This document shows, in pieces, positions 24,823-34,995 of a DNA stretch of 42,842 nt (the stretch's first letter is position 1; the number at the start of each line of letters is the position of its first letter). The position numbers and the translations under genes were made by a program. Source of the stretch: Hyphochytrium catenoides (Eukaryota; Protista; Hyphochytriomycota); NCBI GenBank assembly GCA_900088475.1, contig FLMG01004558.1, positions 1 to 42,842 on the forward strand. The letters are read 5' to 3'. Under the pieces are notes generated by a model that ran no database searches, was not told the DNA's origin, and worked only from the letters and a program-made list of their open reading frames with translations.

Positions 24823-27022
24823 ATGTACGGCAGTGTAGACAGTAATAATGCCCCTGCAAGGAATCTTCCCCTCAGTCCTTTGCCTGAGAGGGCAGTGGAG
24901 AGAGATCTGGAAGAGATGCAGCGCCCAGGAAGCCACCGCATTGCTATCATCTCTCCCACCTCTTCTCCTAGAAAGAGCAGCAGCCGTAAGATGCTATACT
25001 GGTCGGAGAACAGTCAGGTGGAGCCAACAGACTTCCTATTATGCTCGTACTCTCGCCTGGCCCAGCTTAGGCGGCGCTCTCTTTGGCTTTTTTAATTATA
25101 TCGCACTCCTTTGCGCCCCTAGATCACATCTTCGTCTCCCTCTCTCCCTTGTCTTTTCCTCTGCCTTTCTTTCTCTCTCCTCTCCTTCTCTCTCTCACTC
25201 TCTTTCTGTTCTTCTTTTCTTTCTTTCTCTCTTTCTCAACCTCTCTCTGTCATGCCTGTCGCTCCAATAAAGAGTTTCCTCTTACTTTTGTTCTCTCCTT
25301 GCTCCCTAGAAACATCACTCTCGGGGCCATAGATTCGAGGACTCCGGGGATCTCCTCTCCCCTGCCCGTCCTGCACCTGGTACACCGGAGGAGGACGGCG
25401 TCTTACTAGAGAAGAATTTAGAAGAGAGAGGCGTTTTGCCGACCAACTGGCTTGCCAATCATGACCGTGTGCAGCTGGCAATCCACCTCTCTCTTGTGGC
25501 TAATGTGCTGCTCTGTCTTGCCAAGACCTATGTCTTCGTAGCCACCCGGTCTCTTGCTGTTCTTTCGTCTCTTGTGGACTCGTTGCTGGATCTCACCTCA
25601 CAGTTCATCTTCTGGTGGACTGATCGCTATTCGAAGATCCCTAACGTCGAGTACCCGGCAGGGAGGTGAGCTTGCTATAATCTCACTGTTTCTCTACGTC
25701 GCTGTCCTCTACATAGTAGTCTTCTGTTGCACATCTGCACTGTCTCGTTCTGTTGTCCACCTCATCAGGACCATTACAGGGTGCTCTTCTCTCAATTCCT
25801 TTCTGTTGTCTAGGAAGGAGAGCACAGAAGTCTCTGCATAGACTGACACTGGTTTCTACTGCTTCAATAGTTTGTCTGTTTGCGCGGGAGATCCCTATGC
25901 GTTTTCTCCTATTGACGTCTCACCCTTGTCTCTTTATTGCCCTCTCTACGTAGAACACGACTGGAGCCCGTTGGGATCATCATCGCGGCCGCACTGATGG
26001 GAATGGCGGCACTGGAAGTGATCCAAACCTCCGTGGAAACCTTACTTCAGGGCTGGACTTCCCACAACTATCCAGACCTTGACGTCTCTCCTGCTTCTTT
26101 CTGTATCATCCTGGTGGCAATCTTCACTAAGTTCGGTCTGTGGATTTACTGCCGCCGACTATCTTCACTCTCCGCGAGTGCTCGTGCCTTATCTCAGGTA
26201 TCCCCACGTCCTTTACCACGTTAGCTTCGCCCTGCCTCTCTGCAGTAGGACCCTTCGTAGGTCCCTTTCACTTCGACGTCAAGTTCTGGCTAAACAACCT
26301 CCGCCCCTCTCTGTGCTTTGAACGTCTAGGACCATTTGAACGACGTGCTGAGCAACAGTGTTGCCATTGCGTCTCTGATTGGCGCCATTATCAATTCACA
26401 TCTTTGGTACCTGGACGCTGTGGGAGCCATTTTGATCTCCATCTACATTGCATGGAGCTGGATACGGACGGGGAAAGAGCATGTTGACCAGCTCGTCGGA
26501 AAGAGTAAGTTTCAAGCGCTTGAGTCAGATAGGGCGTGGCATTGTTCAAAAATCAATTCTTTAACGCCTGGCTCTGTCTCTCGCCAACAGAGGCGGAAGA
26601 AGAATTTGTGGATGAACTCCGCAAGCTGGCATCTGAGCACCATCCGCTGCTGATGCCGGATATTATTAGGGCTTATCACTTCGGATGTAATTTTCTGGTA
26701 TGACCTAGCGACACTTTGATGTGGAACTAAAATGTTTCATTGGAGAGCTAAAGCTTCCCGCTTCCGGCCATTCTTCTCTTTGATGCCATCCTCGATGACC
26801 AATACCTGTCACGCCACACTGTGATTCCTTTAGGTTGAAGTGGAAGTTGTGATGCCTGAGGAGATGACGGTGCGCGAAGCCCATGACATTGGATTGGAGC
26901 TCCAGCGGAAAATTGAACGGTTTGACCGAGTGGAGCGGGCCTTCGTGCACATTGACTATCTGCAGCGGGACTATGATGAGCACAAGGTCCCGACAATCAA
27001 TGGAAGATCGTCTAGCGGCTAG
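24823..27022 (+). CDS. Cation diffusion facilitator, Mn-CDF subgroup (MTP8/9/10/11-like); about 6 exons
   Basis: TM2 'SSLVDSLLD' and TM5 'DHLND' (DxxxD/DxxxD, Mn-CDF signature), 'YPAGRTRLEPVGII', 'WYLDAVGAILIS', C-terminal domain 'RAYHFG...VEVEVV...EAHDIGLELQRKIE...VERAFVHIDY'. Start codon is tentative. Confidence 0.92.
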
Positions 27023-27120
27023 ACGATTTGACAGAGAAACGCTAGCGCAACCTTAGACATGAACATTTCCACTATCTGTATCTATCTTAACGTGTGAAAA
27101 GGCTCGGAAAGTTACTGATG

Positions 27121-28185
27121 TTAGTTATGTGCTGCCTCTAACACTGTGGGAAGATTGTCGTCAGCTTTGTGCTCTTCAGTAGACGCTACGACTGGCTGAG
27201 TCTCTGTGACTGATCCTTTGCCTGGCTCTTGGCCCTCCTTCTTAACAGATCTAGACGTTTCCCCTGCAGTTAGCCTGCCACAGAGAAGAAATGGTCACTT
27301 CTATGAGACGCGAGAAGATCGATGAGATGAGCAATCGGGCCTACCTGCCGGTCCCAAATCTGGATCTACCGGTGCCCTGCAGCTCTCTTTGCTTTCTGAC
27401 CATATCTGTGTATGCTTTGGCCTCCTCGGCATCGATATCTCGGGATAAAACGCCCAGAGCTCGCTCCACTTTTATAATGCGGCCATCCAAGGCGAAGGGG
27501 AGCATGTACCTGTTAAGAAGACAGTATGAACCCCTTAGCCATATTATTGGATAACGATAAGAAGGGAGACAGGGCAGATTCGGTTCCTACTTTACCTGAG
27601 TACCATTGACATGAGGTTTGACCACGCATCCAACACCGTGTGTGCTTCTTCTTTGGCTCCCAGCATCGAAGCTAAGCTGACCAGCAGCGTGTCAATGTAT
27701 ACAGAGAACATCCACGGACGGATGGGTTTGAACTTGTGGGACTCTCCCAGACCTCGCAGTCGATCCCGCACAGAATCAGGATTATCTGGGTTGAGGCTCA
27801 GTACAAACTCTATGGCTAACACCATGACATTTCCTAGCCAAAGATCAACGATTTAGGTTATGTTTGACTCCTAAGCCACGCGTCAAGCCATACCTTTTCT
27901 CTTCAGGTCAGTGCCAAAGACTGCGTTAAACTCCTCTGAGCGCTCCATCAGGCGCTTGTAGAAGTCTGTGTAGAGATAGACCACTCCTGGCACATCATTC
28001 ACTTGCAAATCCACTAGTGTTAGCCAGGACTTTTTGCAGAGTTCCATAGTCTCCTGCGTCACTACAGGCTTAATCGGGAGCGAAGGAGGGTAATAATGTT
28101 CGATTAGAGCCTCCTTCGATAGCTTCTTATCCCAAGCCTCCTCTGCCCACGCATCATAATCCAGATGAGACTGTGCCTTCCCCAT
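27121..28185 (-). CDS. Single-domain 3/3 globin with N-terminal extension (myristoylation motif) and C-terminal tail; 4 exons
   Basis: A helix 'LCKKSW', B helix 'TDFYKRL', CD1 Phe 'NAVF', E helix 'KRKGNVMVLAIEFV', F8 His 'LRGLGESHKFK', G helix 'IRPWMFSVYIDTLLVSL', H helix 'DAWSNLMSMVLRYML'. Start MGKAQS. GT-AG introns are phase-consistent; ends ...VLEAAHN*. Confidence 0.88.
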
Positions 28186-28737
28186 CTCTGCTGCGTGGTT
28201 CTGCTTTCTAGGCGTATGGCGAAGGCTGCTGTTGTTCGTTGGTAAGGGCCAGCTGCGGGATAGCCGCCCTCTTACAATTGCGCGCTTTATACTTCGCTTT
28301 GGAGCTAAGGCTGCAACTGGTACACTGGCGCTCTGAGGAAGAAGGTGTCGCCCATGAGCGCTAGGAGAACGGGAATGACACTGTTCGATAAGTACTCTAT
28401 TAGAATGAGAAGAGGTGCTAGTTCAGACTGTAGGAGACAGGATGACCTTCTTTGTTGAGTTCGCCCTCCTGTTCTCTAATAAAAAACTGTTCTGAGACTT
28501 GGGAAGAACCAGAATAGCCAGGCGGAACTAGATGTTTCATCTATGAATAAAGTTAAATAGTGACCCAAGACCGCCACTGTGCTTCCTTCCTAGAATGAGA
28601 ACCCCTCGTATCTAAGGGCGACAGGGGGTTCGGCCAGCGAGGGTACAGCTATGATCCTGGTTAGCAACATTTATGGAAATAAGCAAAGGGACATTCTGGA
28701 TGAGTAAAGGTAACCACTGGCAATTCGTAACGGCGCG

Positions 28738-28852
28738 CTTATGTCACTTCCTGACTGCACAGTGCTTGCACATCAATGCCTAAGAAACATCAAAGATAAC
28801 ACTTACGTCGCAGATGAATGCACAGCGCTTGCACATGCATGGCTTGAAGAGC
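28738..28852. repeat. Imperfect direct repeat with 63-bp period
   Basis: tgcacagtgcttgcacatcaatgcctaagaa (28756) versus tgcacagcgcttgcacatgcatggcttgaaga (28819). Confidence 0.7.
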
Positions 28853-29249
28853 CTATTGCTGGTGGGGAATGAAGCGGAACATTGATTAACACGTCTCCTC
28901 TTGCGCTTGAGGAGTAGATGATTGAGTGTCGCTAGGCCGCCCTCCTAGGAGACACGGCTCCTGGAGCAGGTACCAGCTATCTACGCCCATCCACTCTCCT
29001 CAAAGACCCCAAGCCTGGGATAGCTAGTGGCTGGCCCTACTGAACTGATGACTTATTGGCCGTGGCACCTCCTCATCGATCTTTCCCGACGTCTACTACC
29101 TCGCTAGCGACTGGGCGACAATGTAACGGACGGATCGTGTTCATCCACAAGTCTGCGTTGGAGTGGGTCAAGTATGTAAAGCGACTAGCACTACTTACTT
29201 AGTATTGGTTGCTGTCTCTTATATAGTTATTATCCGGCACCCAGACCAC

Positions 29250-29620
29250 AAGTACAAGTACTACTCTACTGGGCATAAGGGCCAGCAGTGTCTATACTTA
29301 TTGGTATGTGCTTGATAGCTTTGGAAGGGCCTTTGAGTTAGATACTTGTTCTGTATCGCACTTAGCCCGGTGCAAGTACTTGTACACCCTACTTGTATAT
29401 TAAGCCTGTCTTGTCGGGAAGAAAACGGTACTAGGTACTACCTATAAATCTTATAAATCTATACTTGTACAACAACTACTACTGTTTCTTCCTTTGATGC
29501 GGCCGTCTTATTTAATGTAGTTCTACAAGTAAGAATAATAAGGAGAAAAGTAAGTCTTTCCTGGGCTTATTTCTCTTATTCAGTAGTTGTACAGTGTAAG
29601 TACAGGTGCAAGTACAAGTA
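29250..29620. repeat. Cluster of TACAAGTA/TACTTGTA motifs with an imperfect inverted repeat
   Basis: Six exact copies at about 29253, 29377, 29390, 29462, 29524 and 29613. Inverted arms at 29252-29279 and 29361-29385. Confidence 0.7.
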
Positions 29621-30379
29621 CCGCAGTTGGTTTCATGACAGAGTCAAAGGACGATGATGGCCCAGGCGCCAGCAGGTGCAGCTCTTCGTCATCTCCTCCT
29701 CCTGCCGTTATCACCACCATCTTCTGCTGCCCTGTCTCTGCCGCGGATTACATCGATTACACCGCCGCCAGCCGCCAGTCCTCGAGGATGATAGTAAATG
29801 ACTCGGTTCAGCGGGTAGAACTATTACACACTACTGTGCCACCGTGATCAGTAGTAGTAGGAGCAATAGAACTAATGTGCCAATCAGCCAGTCGGCATCA
29901 GAGCCAGAGTAAGTGGTTGGTAATGTTGCCGTTGCTGCTGCTTGCTACTGCAGACTGTCTTCAAAGATTTGGCCAAGGAGAAAGAAACAATGTAGGTTTG
30001 AGCTTCCCCTTTCTCCTATTGAGCTGATGCAGAGCGTGTCTCTGCTTGTAGGGGCCTGTGACGCGATTCCGCCCTCCCCTTTCACTTCCTGCCTCCTTTC
30101 TCTCTTTCCTTGAGCTGGTATAGCCTCCTGCTGCATGTTTACGCAGGGTGCTGTTCGTCAATGGGGCTCCAGCGACGTGCCGTCGTCTCCCTATCTTCTG
30201 TCTGTCGGTAATGATGCGTTTCTTTCGCCTCCATCGGCCACTTCGGTATAATTGCCTATTACACTCAAAGAAGCTTCGTCATCTTCGTCAGCGAGTATTA
30301 AGAAGAGCATCTCCATTAGCTGGCAGTAGGAACGATCAGCCGATTGCTATATCTGTATCAAGCAAACTGGTCACAGGTG

Positions 30380-30670
30380 GAAATTGGCTCTTGTTGTCCT
30401 AAGAAGAACCAGCATCTTCGTTAGAGTTAACAGATTCCATCAGTCCTCCTGTCTACTCTAACAATGACTACGCCGGCTGCCCTTTACAATTTATGAAGGG
30501 CACCTCTCCCTCATCAGTTAAGTTCTATTACTTGATAGCAGAACGTTCCGTGCCAGCTCTTGTCAAACAAAAAGCTTAATTTGTCCGCTGAGAGGAGATC
30601 TTATACTGGTGTCCAATCTAAACTGCTCTACAATGGTACTGCGGAAAATATATGATGAGATGATGGACCA
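30380..30670 (+). pseudogene. Decayed Myb/SANT-like (Harbinger accessory-type) ORF remnant
   Basis: With stops and frameshifts: 'NW..S*EE..SLEL..SISP', 'ERSVPALVKQK', 'YTG', 'LRKIYDEM', in the order seen in Harbinger Myb-like proteins. Convergent on the DDE remnant. Confidence 0.35.
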
Positions 30671-31369
30671 TCCGCAGCAGACGCCGAACAATAGTTGAAA
30701 GCTACTTTGTAGTAAGGCCAATCTTATTGAGTTCCTGGACCTAATAGGTCAACAGCACCAATATGGAGAAAGGTGGCCAAAGAGGTGCCGGCACCATGAG
30801 AGAGTAAGAGATGGCGTCTCCTTGGATAAGATGCCATATTGTCGATATGGCCTGGAAGGAAGAGGGGACAAGGACCCATAATAAAAGAGAAGAGGAACAG
30901 CTTTGGAGGACACTATGACCCCTGTAGAAGTGCTGGGGATCAGGTAGAACTATAGCTGCAGCCGCAATGCTCCCTTTAGAGGACCTCATGGCACCTTGAA
31001 AAGCGATAGTAATTAGTCCGATTATGGCTGATGGAAGCTGCTATTAATAAGAGCTGGTGGACCGGCGACACAGAAGATAGAAAGGCAGGAACACCGCGAC
31101 TGCTGCTCATCGTGGTCAAACAGCCATCTTGATATTTAGCTACAATACCCGCAGGACGGCCCTGCGCAGTATTAGATCAGTAGCCAAGAAGATCCCTGTT
31201 CTATGAGTTCTGCCTTCTGTCTCCTCCCTGCATGTCTCGGTTTGAAGATGAGGCAGGAGCAGGAGGGGTCCAGGATCTATGACAGTCCGTCATCCGACTA
31301 TCTCCTCTTTCCCAAGTGGCCCATGTTCTATTGTCTATCATCTACGGTGCATCCAGTTCCAGGTCATCC

Positions 31370-32600
31370 GCCCGTCATGTGGATGTCGATGCCGGGCGGG
31401 TCAATCGCCGTGATTACTGGGCAACCATCTCGTCCTTTGACTTTAATACCGAGTCTTCTGTCTGTGGCTCCTTCGTTCGATTTCGTCGGGATGCCAGCGA
31501 CTGCCCTCGAGGAGGACGAGAGGTAAGCCCGCCAGCGTCTTCGGCATGAGGGTCACAATCTGCTGTGTCTTGCATCATTAGCTAAACGGGTCCATTCTAC
31601 ATGAGCAGCTGACTTGGGGGAAGAGAAGGTATAGACGCGGAGGAGGAGTCTTTGCTTTCAAACTTTTGGCTATAGGGCTTTGAGAATACATAGACAGGAC
31701 CTAGAATGACTGAGGAGTCTTCTATGTTCTACTCTAAGAAAAAGAAGTCATCACCAACCAGATAAAGGCCTTGTATGTGGCAGCTGGTTGGATAAGAATG
31801 AGCAAGTCTCTAGCTTCTGATAGAAGTCACTCCATCTATCAGCCATTGGACTTCTTGCCGGCCTAATGATTGGTTTGACTCTCTATACATTCTGTACAGG
31901 GCCAGCAACCACAAGCGGCTGCACCAAGATGTTTCTCCGTTCAATCCTCGTTATCTTCAACGCTTGCTTCCTTGACAACGATGGCAGGTATGGCACCATC
32001 CATTTCCTTTTAAAGCATCTATGCTGCTGCTTGCTTGCTTGCTTGCTTCCTTGCTGGTGCGTGCTAGCCTGCGACTGCTGCGGCTGCTGCTGATGTGCTG
32101 CAGATGGTGCAGATCCATCAGTTCCCAAGTCAGACTCTCATCTGCTGCTGACTGAAAATTCTCTTCCTGCCCTTGTCTTTGTTCCCATCAGAACCACATG
32201 TATTCCATATATGATAGTAATTCTCGAGTGTATTTGTAAATTCTCTATAGGTGTATTCTGAATAGCCATTGGATAGTGTTCGACGAACTCTATCTTAGGC
32301 AAATCCTCCACCTCTCCCTCCCTCCAGCTGGCAAGCTCTACCACTCCTCTTAGCGCCCAGCTGTTGCTGCTGCCTCTTGGAAGGAAGAAAGATCTCATCT
32401 CCCTTCTCTCATCTATCTTCCCCGTCGTCTTCTCTTCCTCCTTGTGCATTAGTCAGCTCATCCGTAGCACCCGCAGAAGGCTTCCCTCTTGCTTCTTCCA
32501 GACCAAGTTCGCTGTTCGTCCTTCTTTGAAGGCCTTACGTACAGGGAAGGGCCCCAGTAGAGCTCCCAGTAGCACGGTTCTCTAACTTAGCGGTGCACTA
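31370..32600 (-). mobile_element. Heavily decayed PIF/Harbinger DDE transposase (DDE_Tnp_4-like) pseudogene
   Basis: Motif remnants in the correct order on the minus strand: 'MDGAIPAI' (about 32000), 'NILVQPLV', 'SDFYQKLE...GLYLVGDDF' (about 31750), 'SKPY', 'RVYTF...HVEW', and C-terminal 'KDEMVAQ..RLTRP'. Many stops and frameshifts. Confidence 0.6.
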
Positions 32601-32803
32601 GCCATTCAAAGGTTAATCTTCTTCACAAGCAACATTTAGAAAAGATCTTCAGCCTCTCAACAGCTCTATTGGCAGCTAGTTCTTCCCGTGGAGCATCGAG
32701 GACCAGTCTTGATCTTCAGCAAAAGGTTCACCTACTAGGTTGAGAGGTGATATTCGTCTTCCAGTCTCCATCAGAGCCTTTTCATCCATTACTTTCAGAC
32801 AAG

Positions 32804-33376
32804 ATGACCTCGCAAATTAGAAACCAGAATGAGACCGAAAAGGCGGTGTTCCGCTACAGCTACACATCGGGGATGAGGACGGGGATCACAACCTTCATTG
32901 CTACTTCTGGTCTCTCTCTTGCTGGGCACTACATGTCTCCTTGGTACCGCAATCGTCTAGGTGTCAGCGGAAAGGTGGCTCTTCCTGTCATGGCAGCCGT
33001 GGCGGCCTTTACGATCAAGACCGAGACCTTACTTCTAGCGCATAGGAGGGATCCTGAAGGCTTTCTCTCTAAAATGGGAGTAGAGCGTCTGTCTCGCCAC
33101 ATAACCAAAGTGAGAGAAGAGGGCTCCGCCGGTGGCCATCTTACCTGGTATCATAAGGGTGCGAACTGGGTCTATGACCATCCTTTCAGGACCTTGGTCA
33201 TGGCAGCGATCCCAGCTGTTGGAGGAATCGCCTACTCACAATCTCTCGACAAGAATGTTCTTCCCTCCCAGAGAGTAATGCACACAAGAGTTTATGGGCA
33301 AATGACCGTTCTTGGTCTACTCATCGGCTCTATGGCGTTCCATGACTGGATGGAGAAGAGAGGCAAGTTCGAGTAG
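32804..33376 (+). CDS. HIG1-domain mitochondrial inner membrane protein (Rcf2/HIGD-like), single exon
   Basis: Two N-terminal TMs ('LGVSGKVALPVM') and a C-terminal HIG1 hairpin with 'SQRVMHTRVYGQMTVLGLL'. First ATG at 32804. Confidence 0.85.
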   Translation: MTSQIRNQNETEKAVFRYSYTSGMRTGITTFIATSGLSLAGHYMSPWYRNRLGVSGKVALPVMAAVAAFTIKTETLLLAHRRDPEGFLSKMGVERLSRHITKVREEGSAGGHLTWYHKGANWVYDHPFRTLVMAAIPAVGGIAYSQSLDKNVLPSQRVMHTRVYGQMTVLGLLIGSMAFHDWMEKRGKFE

Positions 33377-33619
33377 ACACGGGAGCACCAGAATTGTATA
33401 GCTTTAGTGAGTGCTTGGTGGGCTCATTGATGATATGGGGAAAGTAAGGCTCAAATAGATAGATATTGGTGTCATCATGGACAAGAACTATAAAGAAGAT
33501 CTGCGGAGTCCGCCGTGATCTGTCACTCCTGGTCCAGACAACTTCCTCTACTTGGTAAACTAGTTGACATGATTAAGGGTAATAAATGAGCTGTTAGTTT
33601 CTCAATGGTGTCACGATGA

Positions 33620-34995
33620 TCATGATGGACTTACTTTGAGGATGAGCGGTACCAAGATTATAATCAAGAGGATGAGGATGGCGATAAAGATGTACCACAT
33701 CCGCTTGTTTGACTTTTTCTGTTTCGTTGCTGCTTCTGCTAGCTGCTCAACTCCAGCTCGGACATTCTGATTCGCATCCTCTATATTTGTGGCAACCTGT
33801 TCCACCTGGACTGCCTGGGTCTCCGCCAACTCGTTAACCTCTTGGAATAGTTCCTTCAGCTTCACTGCATCTCTAGCTAGGTTCTCATACTCTTGTTCTC
33901 TCTGTGAAAACGACGAAGAGGGTAAGAATCCGAATGGGTAGCACTTCCTTCACTACCATATGACGAAGATGGCCCGTACCTCAGCTAGAAAGTCAAAATC
34001 GGCATGAGTGACCTTGTTTGCATTGGCATAAAGCTGATCCTGTCTTTGTTGTGGAGGCTCGTTGAGCAAAGCACCTGCATCATTCATTTATCAGGTAAGA
34101 GAGAAATGTAGGATAATGTAGAGGATGAGGAAATACGCACTGGAGCTTGTCTTGCGGTACACCGACATCCGGGTAATATTTTCTTGCTCTAAGTTAAGGG
34201 ACTCCTGATTGACACTTCTAAAGTTCTCGAAGACCCGCGTGAAGTCTCTGTTAAGCAAGACGAAGAAGAGAGAGTTGTGGTCAGTCTTCTCCACCCAAAC
34301 GACATCTCTCCTCCTCCACTGAGACAAGGTCAAAAGCAAAGCCTCACCTGTGCAGTTTTTTCAGATTAGGATCCCTCATCACACCCTGATTATCTGTGAA
34401 ATAGTGGCCAATCGTCGTTGCGTTCTCCTTGGCCTGTTCCCTGCACTTTGACAGCTATCGGGACCATAACGTGAGTTATTCAACCCAATAAACTCACACA
34501 ATCATCGTAACTCGCCTGCTGTCTGAAGGATGTCGTGTCATGGCGTGTGCCAATCTTCTGATTGAGTGATCGTAGCTCCCTCACTTGGGCATCAAATCTT
34601 TGTATTCTTTCGGCAACAGCCCCCGGGTCGAGGTTCCGACCAGAGGGCTGAGCTCTGTACGAGTCTACGTAAGGGACCCGCGGGCGGGAGTCACCCTGAT
34701 CTCTGCTTTGGCTCGAGCTCCCATAATAGCCTCTGTTGTCAGCGCCTCCTCCTCCTCTGGAACTACTGTAATAACCCCTATCATTCCCTCCACTAGAGCT
34801 ACTCTGTCCATAATTTGGACTTGACCGTCCGCCGCCTGGTAGCAGAACGAGAATCGTTACTTTGGGGTCAACACATCGTGACCTGCGATGACGGATCTGT
34901 CAATTACCTTGACGGTTCCGGGAGTCATCGCCATAACCTCTTTGGTAACCTTGATTGCGACCGTCAGGCCGACGCTGTGCGGCTTCCTCCCACAT
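33620..34995 (-). CDS. Syntaxin (Qa-SNARE, syntaxin-7/12/Pep12-like); about 6 exons
   Basis: Habc region 'KIGTRHDTTSFRQQL', 'KLHRDFTRVFENF'; SNARE motif 'REQEYENLARDAVKLKELFQEVNELAETQAVQVEQVATNIEDANQNVRAGVEQL'; basic linker and C-terminal TM. N-terminal G/S/Y/R low-complexity extension. Confidence 0.9.

Noticed and set aside
27121-33376. Hypoxia cluster of globin and HIG1 genes
   Set aside because: Divergent neighbours, but separated by 4.6 kb of transposon debris with no shared motif seen; cannot be supported.
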